From IMG/VR virus record IMGVR_UViG_3300048834_000363, positions 1 through 51,379 of that record: DNA of 51,379 nt; one strand, 5' to 3'. Positions within the stretch are counted from its first letter, which is position 1. Each line of letters starts with the position of its first letter. The translations under genes were made by a program, and so were the position numbers. Under the pieces are notes generated by a model, which saw nothing but the letters and a program-made list of their open reading frames with translations, made no database searches and was not told the origin of the DNA. Positions 17,215-26,692 of this stretch are shown piece by piece. The DNA comes from a virus. Lineage: Duplodnaviria; Caudoviricetes.

Positions 17215-17667
17215 TTAGGCGCCGCGCGATGCGGCGATTGCTTTTCGAAACGCGCGACGCTGCCGCGACTTGAAGGCTTTCTTCTTGGCTCTGTATGCCG
17301 GATAGAAGAACGGTTGCGCAGGCGCGCCGGGGTGCTTGGCACCCTTGAAGATGCCGCCGGCGACGTGCGGCGCGGCGCCGAATTCGACGATATGGGCGTA
17401 ACGCACGCGCGTGTTGCCCGCCGAGATCCGGATCGAGAGCGGCCCGCCTGCGCTGTCGCCCTGGCTGTAGGCGATCTTCTTGGCGTCGCCCCAGTTCCAG
17501 GTGATGGAGTCGCGCAAGTCGCCGCCGTCGACGGCCACAAGCCGCTTCTGCATCGCCACGATGTCTTGCGCGCCTGCCGCGAACTCAGTCCGCAGCTTCT
17601 GCTGCGCCTCCTGCGGAAGCTTCAGCAGCCGGCGCTTCAGCTTCTCCCGTCCGATCCATCTCGTCAT
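17215..17667 (-). CDS. HK97 gp10-like tail completion protein
   Basis: VDGGDLRDSI, YAHIVEFG, PAQPFFYPAY. Confidence 0.9.
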   Translation of the reverse strand: MTRWIGREKLKRRLLKLPQEAQQKLRTEFAAGAQDIVAMQKRLVAVDGGDLRDSITWNWGDAKKIAYSQGDSAGGPLSIRISAGNTRVRYAHIVEFGAAPHVAGGIFKGAKHPGAPAQPFFYPAYRAKKKAFKSRQRRAFRKAIAASRGA

Positions 17668-17854
17668 TGGCGCTTAGAGCCTCGCTGCGCGGCGACACAC
17701 ACCGCTTCGCCGCCCCTGCAGCGATCGCGGCCTCACCACACGCGCGCGTCACGCTGTAGCGGCCACCATCACCACCGGTCGGCGAGTAATTGAACGAACG
17801 CCGCCGATCGATGTCGGGCGTCCACATGAACTCGCTATGAAATTTCACCCACAT
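17585..17854 (-). CDS. Small hypothetical neck-region protein
   Basis: Start overlaps the upstream stop (TGATG); MWVKF...VTRACGEAAIAAGAA. Confidence 0.6.
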   Translation of the reverse strand: MWVKFHSEFMWTPDIDRRRSFNYSPTGGDGGRYSVTRACGEAAIAAGAAKRCVSPRSEALSANDEMDRTGEAEAPAAEASAGGAAEAAD

Positions 17855-18288
17855 CAGTCAGCTGCTCCGGCCTGGCACTGCAGCAGAACGAACTGCGTGT
17901 GCGCATCGATGCTGCCGGCCCAGCGGATGTTGAAGATGCGGGCCTCGTCGCGCGCATCGATGACGCGATCGCCGGGGCGAATCTTCGCGGTCTCGACGTC
18001 GCGGCGCAGCCAGATGTCGAAGGCCTCGACCCCGGCCAGCCTGCCGGCGATCACTTGCTCGCTGCCGCTGGTGGCCTGGATACGCGCGCGGCGAGACTGG
18101 ATCAGCGGCAACCAGGTCGTCTCGTAATTGCCGGCGCCGTCGCCGTCGTCGGAGAGCCACGCGTCGCCTTCTTCCCAGTTTTGCTCGGTGTCATCCCAGT
18201 CGATGTCCTGGCCCGTCGGCAGGCGGCCGCGACGCTCAACGCGCACGCGATCGCGAAGATCGCCGATGCGTTGCACTCCTTTCGCCAT
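17854..18288 (-). CDS. Head closure / head-tail adaptor
   Basis: IGDLRDRVRVER, DGAGNY, IRPGDRV, FNIR; alternative GTG start at 18345. Confidence 0.85.
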   Translation of the reverse strand: MAKGVQRIGDLRDRVRVERRGRLPTGQDIDWDDTEQNWEEGDAWLSDDGDGAGNYETTWLPLIQSRRARIQATSGSEQVIAGRLAGVEAFDIWLRRDVETAKIRPGDRVIDARDEARIFNIRWAGSIDAHTQFVLLQCQAGAAD

Positions 18289-18348
18289 GCGTGATCCGCC
18301 TAACAATGCGACGATAAAAGCGATGAAGCGGGCAAGCGCGGCCACCGT

Positions 18349-18915
18349 TCATGCCCACAGCCTGAACGGCATCAGCAGCGCCTGCACCGTCGGCGGCATC
18401 TCTTCGGGCACGTCGCCCCTATGCTGATAGAGGTGGGCGGTGAGCTGCAGGATGCCCTGCTTGATGGGGCGGGGCAGCGCATCGGCGGCGTAGCCCGCGA
18501 CGTACGCGATCCGCACCGCGCTGGGGCGGTCATAGATGGCGGGCTCGTTGAAGCTCGCCGTCCATAACACCGTGGCGCCATCCAGGAAGTAGGCGCCGGG
18601 ATCGAGCGTCTGCTCGACGTTGTCGGTGTCGAAATACTTGATCGAGCTGATCGACGCCACTGGCCCCGCCGGCAGTTCGAGCGGCGTCAGATGCCAGCCG
18701 GCGAGATCGAGACGCAGCGTCTGCGTCAGCACTGACCGACCAAGCCAACCCGTCGGCGGCTGCAGCCATTCGAACGCGGCGCGGACGTAGCCCTTGATCT
18801 CGGCGTCGTCCTCGGTGTGCTCGACGTGGCAGGCCTTGCGCGCCTCCTCGATCGTGACCGCTTGCTCCAGCAGAGCATCGGTCGTCGCGGTCACGACGGA
18901 GGGAGCGAGGCGCAT
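18349..18915 (-). CDS. Head-tail connector (gp6-like)
   Basis: VTIEEARKAC, AVRIAYVAGY, PIKQGILQLTAHLYQHRG, ALLMPFR. Confidence 0.9.
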   Translation of the reverse strand: MRLAPSVVTATTDALLEQAVTIEEARKACHVEHTEDDAEIKGYVRAAFEWLQPPTGWLGRSVLTQTLRLDLAGWHLTPLELPAGPVASISSIKYFDTDNVEQTLDPGAYFLDGATVLWTASFNEPAIYDRPSAVRIAYVAGYAADALPRPIKQGILQLTAHLYQHRGDVPEEMPPTVQALLMPFRLWA

Positions 18916-18927
18916 GCGGGGAGGGCC

Positions 18928-19191
18928 TTACGGCTTCTCTGTGGTCTTCGCCGCTGGCGCGGTCGGTGCAGCCGGGGGCTTTTCCGGCGGCTTCTCTGTG
19001 GTCTTCGCCGCTGGGGCCGGCGCTTCGGCCTTGCCGTTGAATTGGACGGCGACGCCGCGATTGATGAAGCGCTGTGCGATGTCGTCGCGGAATTCCTTGA
19101 CGTCTCCGCTCTTGAAGCTCGGACCTTTGCCGCGGCCTTCGCTCTCGTACAGAAAATCCTCGGTGAATTTCACGCGCATGTCGCTCTCCAT
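18928..19191 (-). CDS. Small head-region protein with a Pro/Ala/Lys tail
   Basis: MRVKF...AQRFINRGVA; 27-bp internal direct repeat at 18931..18957 and 18988..19014. Confidence 0.7.
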   Translation of the reverse strand: MESDMRVKFTEDFLYESEGRGKGPSFKSGDVKEFRDDIAQRFINRGVAVQFNGKAEAPAPAAKTTEKPPEKPPAAPTAPAAKTTEKP

Positions 19192-19207
19192 TGGCGGTGC
19201 ATAGCGA

Positions 19208-19236
19208 ACGGGGCTGGGTCATGAACCCAGCCCCGT
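19208..19236. terminator. Perfect 12-bp hairpin after the capsid-associated genes
   Basis: ACGGGGCTGGGT-CATGA-ACCCAGCCCCGT; no strong U tract, so it may be an mRNA-stabilising stem. Confidence 0.5.
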
Positions 19237-19260
19237 GAACAATGCATCGTCAGATCAGGT

Positions 19261-19776
19261 TTAGTCCGCGATCGGCGAAAGCATGACGCCGCCGCCGCCG
19301 TACTTCGGACCGTAGAGGATGTAGCTGGCGCTCAGCAGTTGCGCGCCGGCCGAGCCCGTGTCGGCGATGTCGAGACGGATACAGTCGTAACCGTTGTCGG
19401 TGTCGAGGTCTTCGGCCTTGACGTCGATCGCGATGATGCCGGCCTTCTCCGCCGACGTAAGGTCGGTGTAGCTGTCGGCGGCGCTTTGGGTCACTTCGGT
19501 GAAGAGCCCAGGCACCGTCGTCGCATGCAGCTTTTGGCGAACGGTGTCGATCTGCAGCGCCTTGTTGGTGCTGAAAGCGACGCTCGTGCCCTGGAGCAGC
19601 GAGATCGCGGGATCGTCACCGGCGACGCCAGCCTTCTTTTGGATCACGACGAGGCAGCCCTCGTAACCCTTCATGCTGACAGCGAGACCGGTCATGGCGC
19701 CGCCGTTGGAGTCGACGGGCAAGATCGCCGGATGGATGTTAAGCCAGTCCAGCGGATTGGCGTTGAGGTTCAACAT
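19261..19776 (-). CDS. Putative capsid decoration protein
   Basis: Directly after the major capsid gene; VSMKGYEGC...LDTDNGYDCIRL beta-rich pattern. Confidence 0.7.
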   Translation of the reverse strand: MLNLNANPLDWLNIHPAILPVDSNGGAMTGLAVSMKGYEGCLVVIQKKAGVAGDDPAISLLQGTSVAFSTNKALQIDTVRQKLHATTVPGLFTEVTQSAADSYTDLTSAEKAGIIAIDVKAEDLDTDNGYDCIRLDIADTGSAGAQLLSASYILYGPKYGGGGVMLSPIAD

Positions 19777-19872
19777 TTTCGAGTGCCTCCTCAGAGGAAA
19801 TTTTCGGTGGAAAGAGGAAGCGGCGAAGCCGTTTAGACCTCGCCGCTCAGTTCACTCCTTGGGGAGGAGGGG

Positions 19873-21351
19873 TTAGCGCGCGGCGAGCGCCACGAACGGC
19901 GATTGCGTGTGCGAGCCGTTTTGCGCGCTGATCGGGCCCGACCACCACGGCTGACCAGCCAAGCGGAAGGTGAACTTGAACGCCGTGAGGTCTTGGTCAA
20001 ACCACAGGTGGATCGACGTCGACGACTTCACGCCGCCGGCCTTCTTGATCGCGAGGTACTGCTTCAAGTCGACCAGCAGAATGTCGCCGACATCCCCGAC
20101 GGTCTTGCAAACCTGGTGGGGAATGACAGGACGACCGCGCAGGCGACCATATGGCGAGTCAGCGTAACCGCCCGGCGGCAGGTAAGCCGGATATTGGCCG
20201 ACGGTCAGCACATCGAGCTGCGGCTCAGCATCGGGATGGATCAGCCACACCGATGTCGCGCGGCTCGACGCCGGCATGCGCGACCACATCTTGGAGATGT
20301 TGGCGGCGACGATCGTGTCGGCCGTTTGCGGACCGGACTCGATCGCGACCGTCGCCAGCGCCGGCGAATTCATGAAGCCAAGCGGTTGGCCGACGCCGTT
20401 ACCCCACACGATCGCATTGCTGACCTTGAAGTCGATCTTTTCCGGCGCCTTGCGTTGGACGTAGGAGCCCAAGGCCGGCGCATCTTCGAGCAGCTCCTCG
20501 CTGACCGGTACGAGCGCGGCGAGCTTGTGCAGCCGCATCGTGACGTTCTGCAAGACGACCTTCGATTGAGAGATCGCGGCGGCTTCGCCCTCCCAGTAGG
20601 CCTGGATGCCGCCAGAAGCATCCCACGGCGTGGTCATGTCCGATGGGAACGTCATCGAGTTGCTGGACGAATCCAGCACATCGCAACGGCTGAGCAGGCT
20701 GTCTTGGCCGGTGACGCGCTCCATGATGGCGGCGCGATAATCCGGCGGAACGGCGAAGCCGCCATCGGGGCCGGCACCCTCCGTCGAGACGGACGTGGCC
20801 GAAGCCGCCAATAGGCGCGGATCGACGTCTTGGTTGCGCGAGAGCGAAGCACGGGCGACGGCGTGGAAGAATTCGCCTTGATGGCGGAAGCCAAAGGTGC
20901 CGGAGCGTGCAGCGACGGGGCCGCTGACGGAGGCACGCGGACGCGTGTCGTCATCGAGCGGTTCCGGATTCGCGGAGGCGCTGGTGCGGCGGCCGCGCGG
21001 GGCCGCGTTGCGCGCATTGACGCCACGCTCGCGCGCAAGCACGCCGGCGCGGCGGTTGATCTGCTTTTCGAGTGCATCGAATTCATCTTGCAGATCGTCA
21101 AGCTGACGGCCTTCTTCGTCCGTCGGATCGCGGTTCGCGGCCTGCGCCGTGTTCAGGATCGCGCGCGATTGTGCGAGGATCTCTTCCTGGCGCTCGCGAT
21201 GGCCGTTGATGATGTCGTCGGTAAGCTCGACGTCATCGGGCGCGGCGGGATTGCCGTCAGCGAAAACCTTGCCCGCCGAAGCGAAGGCAAAGATCGCCGC
21301 GAGCGTGGACGCGGCCAAGAGCGCCGCGCGGTTGGTCGCGTGCTTAGTCAT
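19873..21351 (-). CDS. Major capsid protein, HK97 fold, with N-terminal delta domain
   Basis: DGGFAVPPDY, WEGEAAAI, VSEELLED, GNGVGQPLG, LRGRPV, PFVAL. Confidence 0.96.
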   Translation of the reverse strand: MTKHATNRAALLAASTLAAIFAFASAGKVFADGNPAAPDDVELTDDIINGHRERQEEILAQSRAILNTAQAANRDPTDEEGRQLDDLQDEFDALEKQINRRAGVLARERGVNARNAAPRGRRTSASANPEPLDDDTRPRASVSGPVAARSGTFGFRHQGEFFHAVARASLSRNQDVDPRLLAASATSVSTEGAGPDGGFAVPPDYRAAIMERVTGQDSLLSRCDVLDSSSNSMTFPSDMTTPWDASGGIQAYWEGEAAAISQSKVVLQNVTMRLHKLAALVPVSEELLEDAPALGSYVQRKAPEKIDFKVSNAIVWGNGVGQPLGFMNSPALATVAIESGPQTADTIVAANISKMWSRMPASSRATSVWLIHPDAEPQLDVLTVGQYPAYLPPGGYADSPYGRLRGRPVIPHQVCKTVGDVGDILLVDLKQYLAIKKAGGVKSSTSIHLWFDQDLTAFKFTFRLAGQPWWSGPISAQNGSHTQSPFVALAAR

Positions 21352-21369
21352 GTGTGCTTGTCTCCAGAC

Positions 21370-21400
21370 AAAGAAAAAGCCGCCCGGTGAGGGGCGGCTT
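21370..21400 (-). terminator. Intrinsic terminator between the protease and capsid genes
   Basis: Minus strand AAGCCGCCC-6 nt loop-GGGCGGCTT followed by TTTCTTT. Confidence 0.6.
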
Positions 21401-21437
21401 GGGTCAGCGCCTTCCGGCGCGGGTTCAGGCGCGGGAC

Positions 21438-22220
21438 TTAGCCGCGACCGGAAGTTCGTTTGCGCCGTGCGTCGGCCATGCGGCCTTCCATCGAGGCGAT
21501 GCCGTCAGCGTAAGAGCGCATGCGCTCACTGCGCGGCGGCTCCGGCAGATTGCGGAAGGGACGCTTCTCTGCGGCGATGCCGTCGAATTCGCGGATGTAA
21601 TTGACGAAGCCGGGAACGGCGCGGGCGGCCGCGCGCTGGAAGTCGACGACCTTGTCAGCGAAGCCGCGGTCGACGGCCTCCTGCGCCGTCATCCAGGTCT
21701 CTGCGCGCATCCAGTCGCGCACCTCGGTCTCGGTGCGCTTCGTGCGCGCCGCGTAAAGCTTCGCGAGCTCTTGGCTCGTCATGTCGACGCGGTCGGCGGT
21801 GGCGCGCAGCTCTTCGGCGTTGCCCATGCCGATCGTCCAGGCGTCGTGGATCATGATCTGCCCGCCATTGGCGACGTGGATCGTGTCGCCGGCCATCGCA
21901 ACAACGGAGGCAGCGGAGGCCGCGATGCCATCGACGTGCGTCGTGACCTTGGCCTTGTGGTCGACGAGCTGGCGATAGATCGCGAGGCCGTCGAAGACGT
22001 CGCCGCCATAGCTGTTGATGTGCACCGTGATCTCGGTGACGTCGCCGCCAAGCGCTTTCAGCTCGTCTGCGATCTTCTTGGCCGTGACGCCGTCACCCCA
22101 CCAGGATTCGCCGATGTCGGAGTAAATGTAGATCTCGGCGGCGGTGGAGCCTTTGAGCTGCACGCGAAAGCCAGGGTTCGCGTCAGCGTAGATGCCGATC
22201 GCGTTGCGGTTCAGGTTCAT
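21438..22220 (-). CDS. ClpP-like head maturation protease
   Basis: INSYGGDVFDG, GIAASAAS (catalytic Ser), MIHDAW (His), ETWMTAQEAVDRGFAD. Confidence 0.95.
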   Translation of the reverse strand: MNLNRNAIGIYADANPGFRVQLKGSTAAEIYIYSDIGESWWGDGVTAKKIADELKALGGDVTEITVHINSYGGDVFDGLAIYRQLVDHKAKVTTHVDGIAASAASVVAMAGDTIHVANGGQIMIHDAWTIGMGNAEELRATADRVDMTSQELAKLYAARTKRTETEVRDWMRAETWMTAQEAVDRGFADKVVDFQRAAARAVPGFVNYIREFDGIAAEKRPFRNLPEPPRSERMRSYADGIASMEGRMADARRKRTSGRG

Positions 22221-22227
22221 GGATTCC

Positions 22228-22473
22228 TCAGTCTGGAAGCAGGCCCTGGAAGACGGCGGCCTTCACGCCGCCGGCGGCTTCGAAGCTTTTGAAAACGGCG
22301 GTGCACTTGCCGCTTGGCACTGAGTCGCCAAGCAGCTCGAGCACGATGACGCCAGTGTCGGGGTCGACGCTGGCGCCGACGATTTTGGCCGATGTCACTG
22401 CATGCTTCTCGCGCCCGAAGACGTGGTCGCGCAGCAGCGTCGGATCGATGCGGACAAGGGCGCGCTTTGCCAT
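22228..22473 (-). CDS. Hypothetical protein between portal and protease (MAKRALVRID...)
   Basis: ATG overlaps the portal stop; protein-like 81 aa. Confidence 0.6.
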   Translation of the reverse strand: MAKRALVRIDPTLLRDHVFGREKHAVTSAKIVGASVDPDTGVIVLELLGDSVPSGKCTAVFKSFEAAGGVKAAVFQGLLPD

Positions 22474-23771
22474 CACCGCACCCGGTTCATGAAGCCGCGC
22501 GCACCGCGTGGCGCCGGCGGTGTCGGCTCGCCTTCCTCGCCGCTGTCGTCGGCGCCATCGTCTGGCGCGTCCTTCTTCGCCGTCGGCTGGTACTGCACCT
22601 GCATGACGCGGACATCGCCCTCGGGGCCAATCGTGCTTTCGTCTTCGAGCTCCAGGATGCGGTTCACGGTGTAGACGCCCATGTTGCGCATCGCCTGATA
22701 GAAGGCGGTGCGCGCCGCGAGATCGCCGCGAACGATCGCGTTCGTGTTCATCTTCGAGAAGAGCCCGCCCCAATTGTCGGAGAGCAACTTGATGTCGGCC
22801 TCTTGCTCCATCGGCACGATGCGCGGCAGCAGGGCGTAGGTCAGGAAGTCCTGGCCTTGGTGCTCGATGTTTGAGAACGTCGCGCGGTCGAGGTCAAACG
22901 CCATGTGCGGCGGGACACCGAACCAGCGGCAGATGTCGAGCACACCGAACTTGCGCAGGTCGATGTATTGGGCATCACGGAACGTTGAGCCCGCGGCCTG
23001 GAATTCCATGTCGTTATCGAGCGGGATCGGCATCTCGAAGTTACGGACGCCGGTAAACTCTTCCTTGATCAGCTTCATCACCGACTTCAGCGCCTCGGGC
23101 GACATCTTGCCCTTGGTCTTGATGAAGCCCGGCGTGCGCATGCCTTGGCGGAAGTACACCGGCAGCAGCTCTTCGAGCGCCAGGTTGGAGCCCATCGAGC
23201 GCGCCGCGACCTCGAGAAGCGAGAGCCCGACGATTCCGTCGGTGCCGAGCCCCTTGATGTGGAGCATGTCTTCCGCCGGCAGGATCACTTCACCGCCGTC
23301 GGCCTGGCGCACCGCGTAGGCGATCTTGCCGTTGCTGAGACGGCCCGGCGTCACGCGATCGGGATCGTCGATCAGCCAGAGTGCGTAGGGACGGCCGGCG
23401 ACATCGCGCTCGATCTCGGCGTAGCCGTTGCCCTGCAGCATGGAATGCACGAGCAGCGTCTGCTTCAGCGTGAACGCGCTCATGTCGCGCGAGGCGCGGC
23501 GATGCAGCAGCCAGCTTGCCTTGTTGTCGGTTGCGATCGAGCGCTTGCCGTCGGACCCTTCGCGGAAGACGCGCCACGGCAGCGTCGCCACCGTGTTCGC
23601 AACAAGCGAGACGCAGCGATAGACCGCGGGGATCTGAAGCGGCTGGCGCCAGTCGTAGAGGCGCACGCCCGGGATCCGCGTTCCCGTCGGCAGCAGCCAG
23701 CCACCGACAGGCTGGTCCTTCGTGCGCCGCGCGCCGAACATTCGGCCGATTGCGCCCCAAATCCCAGCCAT
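22473..23771 (-). CDS. Portal protein (HK97 family)
   Basis: AVYRCVSLVANTVATLP, GNGYAEI, HIKGLG, ICRWFGVPPH, TFSNIEHQ. Confidence 0.96.
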   Translation of the reverse strand: MAGIWGAIGRMFGARRTKDQPVGGWLLPTGTRIPGVRLYDWRQPLQIPAVYRCVSLVANTVATLPWRVFREGSDGKRSIATDNKASWLLHRRASRDMSAFTLKQTLLVHSMLQGNGYAEIERDVAGRPYALWLIDDPDRVTPGRLSNGKIAYAVRQADGGEVILPAEDMLHIKGLGTDGIVGLSLLEVAARSMGSNLALEELLPVYFRQGMRTPGFIKTKGKMSPEALKSVMKLIKEEFTGVRNFEMPIPLDNDMEFQAAGSTFRDAQYIDLRKFGVLDICRWFGVPPHMAFDLDRATFSNIEHQGQDFLTYALLPRIVPMEQEADIKLLSDNWGGLFSKMNTNAIVRGDLAARTAFYQAMRNMGVYTVNRILELEDESTIGPEGDVRVMQVQYQPTAKKDAPDDGADDSGEEGEPTPPAPRGARGFMNRVR

Positions 23772-23779
23772 GATGCGTG

Positions 23780-25400
23780 TCAGCCTTTCAGTGCGGCGCG
23801 GAGCGCGTCGGGGTCGTCGTAAATGCTGCCGGTCGGTTCCGGCTCTTCCTGTGGCGCATGCGATATCGCGTTCGCCATTGTGAGCGCGACGTAGGGGTCG
23901 ATGCGGCCGCGCGCCTTGTTCTTTGCGAGCCGGCGGTTGCCGGTGTGATCGCTTGAAGTCACCGCGTTCGATGCGGCCCAAAACAGAACGGGGTGCATCG
24001 CATGCGCGAAGGCATGCTCCATGACGTCGATTTCCATGAACTCGATCGCCGGGCTCATGTCGCGGAAGCCTTGACCGAATTTCACGAAGCGCAGCGCGCC
24101 CTCGATGGCGTCGTCGTCGCCCTCGACATAATATTCGACGCCTTCGGCATCGAGCGCCGCACGCAGATGCGTGAAGCCCCAGCGGTCGAACGCGATGCCG
24201 CGAATGTCATAGAGACCGTTCAAACGCGCGATCTCCTGCGCGACATATCCGTAATCGATCGCCTTGCCGGGGACCGCGACGAGCTTGCCTTCCTCGATCC
24301 AGCGTCGGTACGGCGCCTGATCGCGCTCGGCGCGATCGTCGAGATTGTGTTCCGGCGTCCAGCAGCGCACCAAGACGCGCTTCTTGATGCCGGGGAACAC
24401 CAGAACCAGCGCCGTTAAGTCGACGCGGCGCGACAAGTCGAGGCCGGCGTAGCAGGGCTGGCCGATCAGCTCTTCCGGATCGAAGTCGTCGCCGCAGGCA
24501 ACCCAATCCTCGCGGAGATGGATTTGTTTAACGAGGTCGTCGACCTGCTGGTTGAGCTGCAGGTTCTTGAAGCCGCTGAGGCGCGACGGATTGCGTTCGG
24601 CCTCACGCGCGGCGGTGCGCATCTCTTCGAGCGATTTGAAGTCGCCCAAAGCTGGGTTCGCCAGATGCCACATCGCTTCATCGAAGGGATCGGCATCCTC
24701 CGGCACCTCGAAGATGGCGACGACCCACGCCGGATCGACGAGCTCCCCGCTTAATAGCTTGCGCGCGAACCGCACCAGCTCCGACATGATCATGTGCGGG
24801 CTGCGCGCCTGCACCGAGATGATGAAGCCGATCGGCTCTTCCCATGCGCCGGTGGCGTTCGAGAGCGAGTCGAACAGGCCCGTCCGCTTCGTGCGGCCAA
24901 GCTCGTCGTAAATCCAAACCGTCGGGCTGATGCCTTCCTCGACGTCGCCGTCGGCGCTCAGCGCTTGATAGAAGCTGCCGAACATCAGGCACACCAGCCG
25001 CTTCTGGCTGGCGATCGGCGTGATGAACTGCGCCAGATCGGCGCTCATCCGCACCATCGCGGCCGCGGCCTTGTAGATCAGCGCGGCCTGGTTCTTCGAG
25101 TTCGCGCCCGAATAGATTTCGGCCTGCGGCACCGCTTCGGGCCCGATTAGATGCACGAGCACGAGCGCCGCGATCAGCGCGGTCTTCCCGTTCTTCTTCG
25201 CCATCGTCCAGAGAACGCGGCGCGTCAGCAGTTTGCCGGCCTCGTCGACGTTGTCATAGACGTCGCGCAGCAGCTTCTTCTGCCACTCACGAAGCCTGAG
25301 CGGTCGGCCCGCGTACTTACCGCCTGGCGTCCTCAGCTTCTCGATGAAGCGGATGACGTAATCGGAGCGCTTTAGTTCGGCCGGCGGTTCGCCTTGCCCA
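23780..25400 (-). CDS. terL: Terminase large subunit (start uncertain)
   Basis: Walker A KKNGKT, Walker B IYDE, LANPALG, GLDLS, RIDPYVA; no canonical start codon near the expected position. Confidence 0.93.
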
Positions 25401-25914
25401 GCAGGCCCGCGAACTCGCCCGCCGGCGCCGGATCGACTGGCGGCAGTTCCTCGTCGTCCTCCGCTTCGGGGTTTGGCGGCGGCGGCGTCCCCGCGCCGAC
25501 CAGGCGCGACCGAGAAACAGCCGTCATGCCGAATTCGGTCAGGTAGCTTTTCATGAGCTCTGCGTGCTGCTTTGCGATCTGAATCCACGGGTTGGGCTGC
25601 TTTCGATCGGTCGGCGTCTTGATCACACGCGGTTCTTTGTTCAGGCGCTCCGTGGCCTCCTCCCACAATCCGTACGCCGCGCAGTAAGCGGCGAATGCAG
25701 AGAGGTCGATTGAAGTCAGGACGCCGATGCGGCGAAGGGGTTCGTAGAGGCGATGCCATTCCGCCTTCGCGCGCGCCGACAGGAACTTTGGCGCCGACTT
25801 CGCGCTGGGCGCGGCATCAGGAATCGGCTCGCCACTGTTCAGCGGCCTCTTCCCAGGATTGCCCTCCAAAATCTTAAGTGCCGTCGGTTTCGGCGGTCTT
25901 CCGCGCTTGGCCAA
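25372..25914 (-). CDS. terS: Terminase small subunit (P27 family)
   Basis: GRPPKPTALKILEGNPGKRPLN, AKAEWHRL, NPWIQI, EFGMTAVSRSR. Confidence 0.93.
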   Translation of the reverse strand: MAKRGRPPKPTALKILEGNPGKRPLNSGEPIPDAAPSAKSAPKFLSARAKAEWHRLYEPLRRIGVLTSIDLSAFAAYCAAYGLWEEATERLNKEPRVIKTPTDRKQPNPWIQIAKQHAELMKSYLTEFGMTAVSRSRLVGAGTPPPPNPEAEDDEELPPVDPAPAGEFAGLLGKANRRPN

Positions 25915-26072
25915 AAAACAAACCCCCGAATTTCGCGAAAATTACTCTTTGAGTGCCCGCGCCGTTCCGGGGATCGAGGCCCTGCAGGTCTTGACCTACC
26001 CCCCATCCCTCAGATCGGCCCACGCTGGGCGAGATTTGACCGATGAGCGGGGTCGAGAGGGCGGGGAGCCGA
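25915..26072. other. Probable cos/packaging site region
   Basis: Non-coding gap between HNH and terS with G-runs and an AT-rich tract, where HK97-like phages carry cos; cut site not identified. Confidence 0.5.
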
Positions 26073-26414
26073 TCAGGCCCATGGATGGTTGGGGTCCGTT
26101 GGCAGGCCAGCCTCGTCGCATCCTGCCCGGTTCGATCGCTCGATCGATTGCTTGATGCTGTCGTGGTGGTGCTTGCAGAGGGACTGCAGGTCGCCGCGCC
26201 AGAACTTGGCCCAGTCACCGGCGTGTCGATCGACGTGGTCGGCGATGACGGCTGCGGTGCGGACGCCTCGGTTCAGGCACATCGCACACCAGGGGTGAGC
26301 CTTGAGCTGGCGGGCTGCTTTGATCCGCCAGTCCTTCGTCTTGTACCAGCTGACCCAGGGCGGGCGCTTAGCGTTGTAGCGCCTGTCGCGCTCGCGTTTG
26401 CCGGGGTCGCTCAT
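26073..26414 (-). CDS. Packaging-associated HNH endonuclease
   Basis: CAMC, ADHVDRH, LQSLCKHHHD; directly upstream of terS. Confidence 0.9.
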   Translation of the reverse strand: MSDPGKRERDRRYNAKRPPWVSWYKTKDWRIKAARQLKAHPWCAMCLNRGVRTAAVIADHVDRHAGDWAKFWRGDLQSLCKHHHDSIKQSIERSNRAGCDEAGLPTDPNHPWA

Positions 26415-26692
26415 GTCTTGCCCCGCTGGTTCCCTGGGCCGTCGAGCGCTCAGTGAGCTGGTGCACGAGCATCCCAAGGGGTCAGGACGATGGGTCGTGC
26501 TGGCTTGGGCAGGGGGAGGGCGCTCACTTCAGGGACACGAACGCTCGACGCCCAGGGTGCTGCTGGTGGGTGCCAGCAACGCGAGAGGTTTGGAACCCCT
26601 TGCTGCAACGAAACCATGGAAGGTCTAGGAGGCGGTATCGACTAAACGCAGTGGCCTCGATGCCTTGATACACAAGGGGTAGGGGCTGGTTC

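Noticed and set aside
18931-19014. 27-bp direct repeat
   Set aside because: Simply encodes a duplicated PAAKTTEKP low-complexity tail
20288-20305. Gapped match of array 1 (GC.AA.AT.GC.AA.AT) to the phage's own capsid gene
   Set aside because: 11 of 12 bases over only six units, flanking units fail, and several such hits are expected by chance in 51 kb
26480-26690. Structured ncRNA in the gap upstream of the HNH gene
   Set aside because: Only short imperfect stems seen; more simply the late promoter and leader, and no family recognised
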